Assembly (NCBI GenBank): GCA_951406725.2
Contig: OX597826.1
Location: 18,724,001-18,788,000, forward strand
Direction of reading: 5' to 3'
Source: Octopus vulgaris
Lineage: Eukaryota
Length of the DNA: 64,000 nt
In this document: one piece after another, positions 12,710 to 23,909 of the stretch
Numbering within the stretch: the stretch's first letter is position 1
Layout of the letters: each line of letters starts with the position of its first letter
The notes under the pieces: generated by a model
The model's database searches: none
Told to the model about the DNA's origin: nothing
Seen by the model: the letters and a program-made list of their open reading frames with translations, nothing else
Program-made: the position numbers and the translations under genes

Positions 12710-13030
12710 ATGGCACTCCATTGGTTACAATGACAAGGTTCCTACTCATCTGATCAACAAACAGTCTTCTCGTAAAATTAACATGCAAGTGGCTGAGTAC
12801 TCCTCAGGCATACATATCATAAGGTAGTTCTCAGGTATATTCAGCCTCACACAGAATATGACAAGGCTGGCCCCTTTGAATTACTGCTACAACTCATTTG
12901 TGCCAGTTGAGTGGACTGCAGCAAGTTGAAGTAGAGTACCTTACTCAAAAACACAGCATGCTGCAGGGAATCGTACTCATGACCTTACGATCGTGGGCCG
13001 AATACTCCTAATCAGTGAGCCACGCCCCTT
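12710..13030 (-). mobile_element. tRNA-derived SINE family B (tRNA head + CORE-like body + tail X)
   Basis: tRNA-like head at ~12965-13030; body shared with 46230-46300; tail shared with 58025-58200. Confidence 0.8.
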
Positions 13031-13539
13031 CACTCTCTTAACTGTAGAGAAAAGTAGTGAAGCAATAGAGACAGAGAAAGGAAAGCCTCAGTCATATACA
13101 ATGACAATTAGACTGAAATGCAATCAATCTTTTCTAGCTTCTTTACAATGAAGGAGAGGGAAAGACATTTAGTAATAAATAAAGGTAAAGTCTTTCAGGC
13201 ATTAACATTTTTATTCTGGTAGTTCTAAAATGATCGAGTGTTAGTTCTCTCTTCTTTGCTCAGGACTCCAGTACTTATTCGCCATCTTTCATAGCTCTTC
13301 ATGTCTTTTAGTTGGGTGGGGAAAGACCATATTTTTTTCCCAAACACATTTAATGCCTTCTCTACAAACTACAAACAAGCCCCGCTCCCTTTTTTTTTCA
13401 TACAAAAACTAATGCACATTTCGAACAGGGTATAGCTGTGAAAAGAGCCCAGAAAAATGGGTAATAACCCCTACAAAATGGGTGGGGAAAAAAAGTTGCC
13501 AACAAGTAGCTACATGGAATTCAACTCAATACTTTAAAA

Positions 13540-13865
13540 AGTGTCTTCTACTATAGCCATGGGCCAACCAAGGCCTTGTGAATGAATTTGGTAGATGGAA
13601 ACTGAAAGAAGCCCATCAGATATGTATATATATATATATTATATTTTTATGTGTGTGTGTTTGCATCTGTGTTTGTCCCCCCACCACCATTGTTTGACAA
13701 CTGATGTTGGTGTGTTTGCATCCCTGTAACTTAGCTGTTTGGTAGAAGAGACTGATAGAATAAGCACCAGGCTTACAGGGAATAAGTCCAGGGGTCGCTT
13801 TCTTCGACTAAAGGGTGGTGCTCCAGCATGGTCACCATCAAATGACTGAAACAAGTAAAAGAATA
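13540..13865 (+). mobile_element. SINE family A, 5'-truncated, with internal microsatellite and LINE-like tail
   Basis: gtgtcttctactatagcc...gaaactgaaagaagccc-(TA/TG)n-gtttgtcccc...ggtgctccagcatgg...gactgaaac. Confidence 0.85.
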
Positions 13866-14144
13866 CCAGAAGCACGTTCTGTACCACTAAACCAAGAAGG
13901 TTCTTTGAATATGTACAATGCATTTTAAGGTTAAATAGTAATTCTGTTTGTGTTTGCGTAACTGAGATATTTTGGTTGGATTATAAAGTTATCGGTTTTA
14001 CATGTCTTTCTATATTCTTTAACTGTCATAAGACAGAAACATTTCTCATGGCACCAGAACACAATTTTCAGGTGTTTACATTTTTTTAATATTTTCCCTG
14101 AATTTTTCACGGGTCCAGCTAGTCTATATAATACTATATAATAC

Positions 14145-14295
14145 TATAAACACACCAACACCCATTGTCAAGCAGTAGTGGAGGACAAACACAAACACCA
14201 AGACAGACAGACAGACACACATACATACACATGCATACATATATACATGTATGTATGTGTGCATGTACGTATGTAAGCATGAATGTACGTATGTG

Positions 14296-14353
<58 letters not shown>

Positions 14354-14735
14354 AGATAATGGTGTCATTGAGACCCAAAGTTGTCAGGTAATGCTGAATA
14401 AGTGCTATAGACAGACCATAGTTAAGTTCCAGATTCAGTAATTTTGCAAATAAAGAGCATTTATAGAAAGATGCTCTAATATCTACACAGCCTTGGTTTT
14501 TTATCTTATTACGCAAAAAATTCTTATATATATATATCTATATATCTATACATATATATATATATATACACACACACAATGGGCAGTCTTCTAGTTTCCA
14601 TCTACCAAATCCACTCAGAAGGCTTTGGTCTGCTCAAGGTTACAGTAGAGGACACTTGTCCAAGGTGCCACACCGTGAGATTGAACCCAGAACTATGTAG
14701 CAGGGGAGCAAACTTCTGACCACACAGCCACGTTG
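14145..14735 (-). mobile_element. SINE family A, split by an expanded microsatellite and an insertion
   Basis: 5' module at 14578-14735; start of the 3' module at 14145-14215. Confidence 0.65.
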
Positions 14736-15957
14736 TCACCTGTATAATTTCATATACACACATGTACATATGTATGCATATACTCATATGTGCATTCCCA
14801 CAGACTTTGGGCTGAGACATGTCAAAGAGTAAAAGAATAAAGGTACACATTTACTTTTAGACTCTTATACAGTTGCAGAAGTACTTAAAGGCAACCATTT
14901 AAGACAAAACCCTAGACTAGACTGGTCTGTGGCCTGTACTCTTATACAAAACTAACCTGTTGCACTTGCATCTATATACATGCTTGAATGAGCCCTAACT
15001 ATTGCTTAAAATTAAGCATTAGACATAAGCAACTTGACCAGATTCGATAATGCTTTCAGCACAAAGCCCTGAATGCAACCTGTTTGTGACCTATCTGTGG
15101 CCTATACTCCTCAACAAATCTGACACTTAGTACCAGCATTACATGCTCAAATATGCCCTAACAATAACATTTGAACAATAGTTTCTTACGCCAAATCTAA
15201 GCAGTTTAGCAGAAGCTGCCTAAATAGTTTTATCAAAGCTTTAATTATCAAACCAGAAAAATGTTTTACCATCTCTTCTTTTCTATTGCTACCCTGTAAG
15301 GGTTTACTTTCATCCTTACTTTTTACTTTTATCTTTCTCCCCTCCCACCCACTCCTTATCATGCCACTTCTTTCTTCCCACAAATTCTTTTCTATGTTCC
15401 CCATTAAAATATCCATTAAGATATTTCTATACATACCCCACAAAAATACCAGCACTTAATTTGCAATTACATTGCTCCTACTACAAGATAAAGCCCCCAA
15501 ATTATACAAACTGTGTGTGCACGTGTGTGTGTATGTGTGTGTGCAAGTGTGTGCGTGTCTGTGCGTGCACACATATATGTGAATCTATGTGTGTGTGTGT
15601 GTGTGTATATATATGTGTGTGTATGCATGTAGGTGTATGTAAAAACCGTTTTCCTCTCCTTTTAGTTATTGTTGCAATATCCAAATCATATTGAAATAGA
15701 ATTTCTATTTGGCTAGTGGACGGGGATGGTATAAAATAACCACTGTTGATACCTGAGTTAGTAAGGGAGGAGTCAAAGAAATTTATCCTCTCTAAAGAGG
15801 GCCGTGAAAGTAGCAAAGTAATGATTAAAAAAACACCAGATTCGGTGGAGAGCAAGTTAGCAGAAGGAAGATGCAGTCAAGAAGTGTATCACAATCCATG
15901 GGATTGAGTTAAAAAACTGGCACTAGACAATTTATTTATTGTAAAACAGAAAGGTTA

Positions 15958-17139
15958 TGAGGGTGGGCTTAAAAGTTCATTGTCTGATTGCGCTGGGGTG
16001 ATAAATTCAACATTTCATATTAATGAGTACATTGTTTCTTTCGAGGTAAGCTGATACCTGGCAGTTCAAAGACGACTCCAAAAATAACTAGCAACAACTT
16101 CTCTTGAAAATGGACAAAATTTAGCATTGTAGTGTTATCAAGTACCTTCAGAAAAGGGTTTAACCTCCAAACATATTCATACTGACATGTTTGCTATATT
16201 AGGGATGACATTTCAGATTTATCAATAATGCAAATGTGGGCAGTGGAATTTAGGAGAAGAGAGGGTTTTGGAGATGACCCAAGGTTTGGACATCCTGCAA
16301 CTGCCATGAAAAACATTGATCATGTTCATTGCATGCTGATGGATAACAGGTAATTGACTATAAATCGAAATAGGCAATGCTATTAGCATATCTGGTGAGA
16401 AAGTTGAGAATATTCAAAAGTACACCAGGTTGATCCCATCACTGGAAAATCTGACATTGAAGCAGATCCAGCTGGTTTCTTTGGACGTTTCCCAATCCAG
16501 GATGAGCGTTGGCTTCATCACTTTGAGCCAGAGACAAAGAGACAATCCATGCAATGGAAACATCCCTCCTCTCCTGCTCCAAAGAACCCCAAGATCGTTT
16601 CAACTGCAGGGAGAGTGATCGCTTCAGATTTTTGGAGATGCAAAAGGCATTATGCTTATTAACTACCTTCAAAAGCCACATCATCAATGGTGAGTGTTAT
16701 ATCAATTTGTTGAAGCAGTTATGAAAGGCAATCAAGACCAAACGCCCAGAAAAACTATTGAAAGGGGTCTTATTTCATCGGGATAATGCTCTGGCACATA
16801 AGTCCTTGCTTTCAATGGCTGCTGTGTGTGACTGGTTTTGAACTGGTTGATCCTCCTGCCTATTCTCCTGATTTGGTTCCAACTGGTTATCATCTGTTCC
16901 TCAACATGAAAAACATTTAGCTAGGAACTAGTATCGCTTTGATGATGTCATCATATCTGCTGTTGATGACTTTTTTGACCAACAGGATGAAAGCTTCTTC
17001 ACCAATGGGATCTGAGCATTGCAACAGCAATGGAAGAAGTGTGTGGACCTCAAGGGAGACTGTGTTGAAAAATAAACCTCCTTAGGTCAGATTTCTTGAG
17101 AGTATCTTGATCAGCCTGTGAACTTTTCAGTCAACTGTT
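15958..17139 (+). mobile_element. Near full-length degenerate mariner (DD34D-type) transposon
   Basis: TA-flanked degenerate TIRs (GAGGGTGGGCTTAAAAGTTCAT / GTGAACTTTTCAG); MDKI*HCSVIKYLQK; QDERWLHHFEPETKRQSMQWKH; FHRDNALAH; PAYSPDLVP. Confidence 0.92.
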
Positions 17140-17412
17140 ATACATTATTTGAGCAAAGGTGCGTTTTTCTTAGATTTGAGGGAGTGTTAGAAAAGAAAGG
17201 ACAAAAATAGAAAGGTAAGCAAGAGTCTTAAACTCCTTCACAAGGAGGTAACCACCATACTAAGGTTTTATGCTGTCCAAATCAATGGTGAGAACCTGAT
17301 GGATATATAGACTGGACTGAAGAAGGAGAATGAGAGAAAAACTGTGCACATTCAGGAAGAGATGGTGAAAAATTATACTGAACCTAAAAGTAAAAGACTA
17401 TATTCTCTATAC

Positions 17413-18130
17413 CATGGGTTAGCAAACTTTTTTTACCTGGGGGCCAAATAGGATATTATGGAATGGATAAAAGATTAGATAAAGGCAAAAACGCTTGGAA
17501 CATTGGGATTGTCTGCTTAAATACATCTAATTATATTTTTCATTAGATCAATGAATGATGCATTCTAGAAAATAATGTTTTTTAGCCAATTAGTAATCAA
17601 AGATCTCAACTTAATTGCAATTTATTTCAGTCAACACATCTTTTGAATCTATTAAAGACAGAAAATCTTTAAAACATGAAATGTATGAACATGGTGCATT
17701 GAATAGTGGTAAATTAAGTATAATAAAAAAGAAGATTCATTAATTTCAATATAAACAGTTAATGATTCAATGTGAAACTTTACACTGTTTCTTACTTGAA
17801 AGCTTTTCAATATTGGATGTTAGACATGTTGATGCCAATAGCAAGACATTAACCTGATGGGCATCGGCTAATTTTGTTCTTGAATAGTTTTCAGTTTTTC
17901 ATTTTTGAAAATAATTGCTGACAAACAATAATACCATTTCTTTTGCATCAGTAAATATGTTAGGATATGTTAGGATACTTCCCACTTGGATGAATATATT
18001 TTTAAAGTACTGACACTTCTTCAGAATTAAATTGTGATCTCCAGATGTTGTTATACTGCATCTCAATCAATTTCATTTGATAATTTTCTGATGTAGTGTC
18101 CACTTCCACATCAATAGCAAGCAACTTGCA
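17413..18130 (-). mobile_element. hAT (Charlie/Buster-type) transposon 3' fragment
   Basis: Minus strand YQMKLIEMQ and CQQLFSKMK...SRTKLADAH...LLLAST...KKQCKVSH*, typical of the hAT dimerisation domain; TIR-like CATGGGTTAGCAAAC at 17413. Confidence 0.8.
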
Positions 18131-19184
18131 ATTATATTCACCAAAATACCCAGACCCTGTGCTTCTATTTTTTTTTTATGCTGGTATTCCAACAACTGCA
18201 GCTTTGTTTCAAATAATACAATATGACCGTACAACACATATGTCAACTGGTCTTTTCTCTTTTGTGTTGCAAATACAAAATATTTAAATGAGATGTAATA
18301 TCCTCAATAAATGTCAAGGCTGCAAGCCAATCAGGATCACAAAATGGGATACACATATGTAAAAACATATGTAAGCAACAAAAGAAACATTTAGAGGAAA
18401 ACTTGGCCAATGTGTGGCATGATGTGTGCTATAATGATCAAAGTAAGGCTGTAAGGAAATGTGTGTCTTTAATATTAAGGATATGGTGAAAAAACAGGCC
18501 AAGCTTGAGCATCATACAGACTACTGCCACAATATATTGGGAGATGAAACACAATAGACATGGTCAGAAACAAACCCTCAGATCACCAACACCTTCGTGA
18601 TGCAATGAGAAAAAACTGTGAGCTTGAAGGTGACGCATAACATTTGGTCAGAAGGATCTTGTTCAGTCATACAAGTTCTGATGAACCCTTGAAAATCAAA
18701 AGGAAATTCTATTGGTGTAGCCCACTACGAAAATAGAGAGAAAAGCAATCTGGCTTGTTGGATTGGCGAGGAAACCCAATTGTTAGATATATGGAAGAGA
18801 GAGTTACCTGAAGGATTTATGTTTTGGTTTTGTTCTGAGGACATGAAATGGAAGAGACAAAAAAAAACAGGAACAAAATCAGAAGAGGAAGCATCAATAT
18901 CATCAGCTCCAAAAAACTCTTTCCAAACCATGTTGGTTGTTTTTTCAAGGATATCCAGAGTGGAAGAAATTATCTTATCCTCAGAGTCATTAGACAGAGA
19001 GGCAGATTAAGAAGTTCGGGTGTCTTGCCCAAGCTGCTGTGCAGTGAGACCAAAACTAAACCCTAGAGGTTGTAAAATGGGTCATTATAAGAAAAATTTC
19101 AACTAATACAAATTGTGACCTGAATATGACAATCTGACCACATGAAACCCTTTAAAAGTTTAGTTTTTGCATCATCTTTATATT

Positions 19185-19380
19185 GACACTCAGTAAAAAG
19201 AGAGAGTTTTTGACATTTTGAGCATAGCTTTCCATCATAAAGGAGAAAGGGAAAAGTCCAAAGAAGGGAAAGAAATCACCAACAGCATATCTGCTGTTAC
19301 CCTGCTGAAGTGACTGGAAGTAGAAAGAGGTAGAAAAAGTGTTTTTTTGGGACAGGAGAATGCAAAGATGGCCAGTGTGC
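19185..19380 (-). mobile_element. Penelope terminal-repeat-like remnant
   Basis: Homologous to 59215-59415, which lies just downstream of a Penelope ORF; decayed hammerhead-like core. Confidence 0.55.
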
Positions 19381-19392
19381 CAGTGTGTGTGT

Positions 19393-19491
<99 letters not shown>

Positions 19492-19494
19492 GTA

Positions 19495-21245
19495 GCTGCA
19501 GCAGCTCACAAAATAATGCAACGACCAGTAAAGAATGAGAAGAAAAATATTATGGAGCGACAGCGACTGTTCATGGGCTGTTGCTTCAAGTGCCAGGGAC
19601 CACACAAAGATAAAGAGATAAAGCCCAGAGCCATTTACTACTAGTGCAGGCAGACTGGGCATATCACTCAAAGCTGCAGCCAGCGAAAAGGTCAAGGGGA
19701 AGTTGCTGCCTCTGAAACTTCCTTGAGTGAGTAGAGGTGCTCGTGCAAGCGCTGCCCATAGTTGAAGTCTTGATTGGGGGAAAGGCATTCAAAACCCTTG
19801 TGGATACGGGCTGTATGACGTCTATATGATCCTGAGGGTAACAAAAAAATGGAAGAGGATAAGCAGTGTTTGGGCGGTCGACAACAGCAAAATTGGATGT
19901 AAGGGTAGCAGTGATGTGGAGATAATGTTGCGGGGCACAACATTGAGGTTGCAAGCGATTGTGATTGACCATGTGGTAGCTGGAATTGATGTGATGATGG
20001 AGATGGATACGATCAACCACCTTGGAAGTGTCAGTGTTGGTGGAGACATGGTTTCATTTGGTGGTGCAGGGGTGTCATGTGTCATGAGTCTGCAACATGA
20101 GAGGGAGCAGAGATCCATGAGGGACTGTACTGCTTACACCATTGAGGACAAAGATTTTCGGGTGGTGGACAGTAGAGTGGAGCTGGAAAGGAGAGCCCTG
20201 ATGCTGAAGAACAGGCCAAGCCGCTACCAACATACCTTGAAAGACCATGCCAGGTGTGAGTTTGAAGGAGAGGTAGAGCAGTGGATTAAGGAGGATGTCC
20301 TTATCATGTGGAAGAAGGAGGTGGTGAGTAGAGTGCATCTGTGGTAAAATGTTGCATGAATGGAGACATATGACGAGGGCAGCGATGACTGTCGAATTGA
20401 AGTCGGCATATTTGCAGCTCCCTGTGAGTGAGAAACTGACAGTATCAGCTGGTGTGATAGAAGGGCCAGACATACTGTTTGGCTAGGCTGGGTTTCAGGC
20501 TAAATTCTGCACCAAAGATCATGGCAACAGTGCTTAAGTCTATCCTGGGAAAGGTGGACAGGACAAGAAGAGCCATCAATTCCTATATAGACGACATCTT
20601 AGTAGACAAGACTGTAGTGTCTGCCACAGAGGTTGTAAGTCATCTAAAGTAGTCTGGGTTGATTGCAAAGCCACCAGAATCAATGGTTGGAGGAGCTGCA
20701 CTAGGGCTCAAGCTTCAAAGAGATAAAACAGGCTCAGTGTTTTTGGGGGGGAATGAGATCCCAGAACTAGGTACCAGCATCTGCAGGAGAGAACTATTCT
20801 CGATGTATGGGAGACTAGTGGCTACGAACAGCGTGCAGCTACACCAAGACATGAGCAGATGGGGCAAACTGGGGAGAGAAAGGGGGAGAGGAGTCGGTGG
20901 TGATGATGCAGGAGATCATAGGGAGGACAAGAGAAGAAGACCCAATAAGAGGGAAATGGTATGTGCCCAAACTGGAGAATGGGACCATATGATACAATGA
21001 TAGCAACATAGCAATAGGCTTGAACTAGAAATCAGAGGTATCAAAGTGGAGGACACAGCTTGGCTTCAAAAAGCAGAAATTACAACCACATCATTGTGGC
21101 TGAGTTGGATGCTGAAGTGGGTGAATCAGACCTTGAAATGGGGGCTGCACTCCATCGAAATCCAGACTGATTCAGCCACACTGCATGGCTGGGTAGAATC
21201 AGTAATCAATGATGAAAAGAGGGTTTGAACCAAAGGGGCTGCAGC
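19495..21245 (+). mobile_element. Degenerate Ty3/Gypsy-like internal region (gag knuckle, protease, RT, RNase H); no LTRs seen
   Basis: CFKCQGPH and *CRQTGHITQSC knuckles; LVDTGC (19797-19814); LKSAYLQ; LNSAPKIM; SYIDDIL (20581-20601); EIQTDSAT. Confidence 0.82.
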
Positions 21246-21774
21246 TGCAGGTTTTCTATAGACTTTGACTTTGTTTTTTTTTTTTCTTTTGGCAGATGGA
21301 GCAGTAGGATGACAATTAGGTATGGTGTATGAATGTGGAGGAAATAGCTGTATAAGGGAGATAGAGGAGGGTAAGATGCATGGCGGCTGAGTTTGACAAA
21401 CATCTAACGAGGCTCCATTCCTCATGCTTTTAACCTTTTCCCAACTATACATAATTATATAGGCTTTGTGTAATGTAGCACATGTAATTACTTAAGTGAA
21501 ATGTAGTTTGAAGTGAGATGGTATTGAACAATTGTAACCAATATTATTCAACTGAAATTGTTGGGGTAGATTGTCTCAGGCCCAATGCCCTTCCTGTCTC
21601 TAACCTCCCTTAGTCAGACATGTCTTTCACTTGAGAATGAAAATGAACAACATAACTTGAATGATGTTGATGATTATTTACAATCATCATATAATTTCAA
21701 GATAAAGGTACACATATATACACATATGTATCATTGGCATGCAGTGACCTTTGAGATTGGTCATGCAATGAATA

Positions 21775-22400
21775 TGAGGGTCAATTGAAAAGTTTATAGG
21801 CTGACCAAAATTCTCTCATGGAATGTGACTAAATGAGGTTTATTTTTCAGCATAGACCCCCCATTTGCAGTCCACATACTTCTTCCATTGGTGTTGCAGT
21901 GCTTGGATTCCATTGGTGAAGAAGCTTTCATCTTGTTGGTCAAAAATGTTATTGGCAGTAGGTATGACATCAACATCACTGTGATACTGGATCCCATCCA
22001 TGTATTTTCATGCTGGCAAACAGATGATTGTCAAGAGAATAGGGATGGTGATCAATTATTTCAAAGCTTGAGCCATGCATAGCAGCCATCGGAATCAAGG
22101 ACATGTTTGCTGGAGCATTGTCTTAACAAAAGAAGACCCCTTTTGTCAGTTTCCTTGGGTGTTTGGTAACTGCCTCAGCATATTGGCATAGTACATTCCA
22201 TTTATGATGTGACCCCTTTGAAGACCGTCAATAAAGATAAAACCTTTTGCATACCAAATAACCGAGGCCATCTCCTTCCCTGTAGATAGCCTTCTTTTAG
22301 GCAGGTGAGGAGGGGTATTTCCACTGCATAGATTATCCCTGGCTTAAAGTGATCAACCTGACACTCTTCCCTGATTAGGATACGTTCAAGAAGACCAACT
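21775..22400 (-). mobile_element. Mariner 3' half, same family as 15958-17139
   Basis: TIR GAGGGTCAATTGAAAAGTTTATAGGCTGACC after TA; minus strand DNAPA and HHPYS. Confidence 0.85.
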
Positions 22401-22404
22401 GTGA

Positions 22405-23152
22405 GAAAAACAGCACCATGATGCAATTCACTCTGCCAGAAATTTGGAAACAACATGCTGTATTGCTTGGCATTCATGCCAGTAGCTCCAAAATGAACAT
22501 TTCAGAGTGTTAGAGTGTCAATCTGAGGACAGTGCAGGTACCGAGAGTGATAAAAATCAAACATCCAGTGAGCATCATGGTGTTTGAAGTGATCACTAGT
22601 GATGGCGATGTTATGCCTCCCTTCATCTTCCCACACAGCCTCAGACTCAACACAGAGACCTACATCAAGTGCCTGGAGGAGTTAGTGCTGCTCTGGGTCA
22701 AGAGGGTGACTGCTGGATGACCCTATGTGTGGCAACAGGACTCTGCACCATGCCACTCAAGTAGGGGACCCAAGTCATGGCTGTCAGACAATTTCTGCGA
22801 CCACATTAGCCCCTAACATCTGGCCACCTAACTCCACAGACTGCAGACCCCTTCATTATTATGTGTGGGAGAGACCAGCAAAACTCCTTGTAACACCAAA
22901 GATAAACTAAAGGCAAGGTTTATGGAAACATTCACCAACTTAAACAAGGAGACCGTCCAGAAGAGTTGCAGGAGATTCTGAAGTCATCTGGAGGCCATGG
23001 TTGAAGCCAAAGGCGATTTTATTGAATAAATTTACTCTTTAGTATTTCAAGATATTTTCATGTAATTTTGGTAAATATATCTGTTAAAATGAGATGTCAG
23101 TGTTATTTTCATTTTTGCATAATTTGGAGGACAATATATTCACCATACCCTG
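22405..23152 (+). mobile_element. Internally deleted maT/Tc1-like transposon
   Basis: KHPVSIMVFEVITSDGDVMPPFIF...PYVWQQDSAPCH...WPPNSTDCRPLHYYVW; right end ...ACCCTG followed by TA. Confidence 0.88.
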
Positions 23153-23793
23153 TATATATAATTGTCTAAGAATCCATAAGTCAGAAAGAATAGGTATTCA
23201 TACACATGTCGATAGTGTAGGTATATTAATCAAAGTATGCAGTATTATAGATATATATGCTGTATTATATATATGCTGTATACTTTGATTATTATATATA
23301 TTAACATATATATGCACATATACACACACACACATACACACACACAAACATACACATGCACACATATATGTGTGTGTCTGTGTGTCGGTGCACATGTACA
23401 TGTATGTGTGTTCATTATATCTTCTATATTCATCAGAGAAGGAATATAATTTAATAAATAACAAAACCATTAATAACACAATCAGTTGCTTAACTGATAT
23501 TTAAATGATTTAAAGGATACTTCACTAAAATGTTATGATGCAGCTACAGTATATATTTGATAAAACTAAGTATTTCTTCTTTAGCATATACTCATATCTT
23601 TAAGTATATCTATTTTGAATATGTTGATATCCTTGGATATTTCTTTCTTGTGTGTGCTGATATGCATCAACGATATCTATCTTACACATCTCACTATGTT
23701 TAAATATCTGTTCATAAATACATACACACATACACAATGCACACATGCATCTATATAAATGCATATGTGTGTGCAAATGTATATTTATGTGTG

Positions 23794-23826
<33 letters not shown>

Positions 23827-23876
23827 AAATATGTATGTATGTGTGTGTGTGTGTATGTATATGCATATGTATATAT

Positions 23877-23877
<1 letters not shown>

Positions 23878-23909
<32 letters not shown>

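Larger units (their letters stand above)
15640..19010 (-). mobile_element. Very old Penelope-like ORF remnant interrupted by hAT and mariner insertions
   Basis: Minus-strand pieces in PLE order: VWKEFF (~18920), EQDPS (~18655), ACFFTISLILKTHISLQP then TLAKF (~18500-18400; compare FYxLPKIHKxxxPLRP), INFFD (~15780). Confidence 0.45.

Noticed and set aside
15958-17139. Domesticated SETMAR-like gene or active transposase
   Set aside because: Multiple stops and frameshifts, TIRs present, no SET domain
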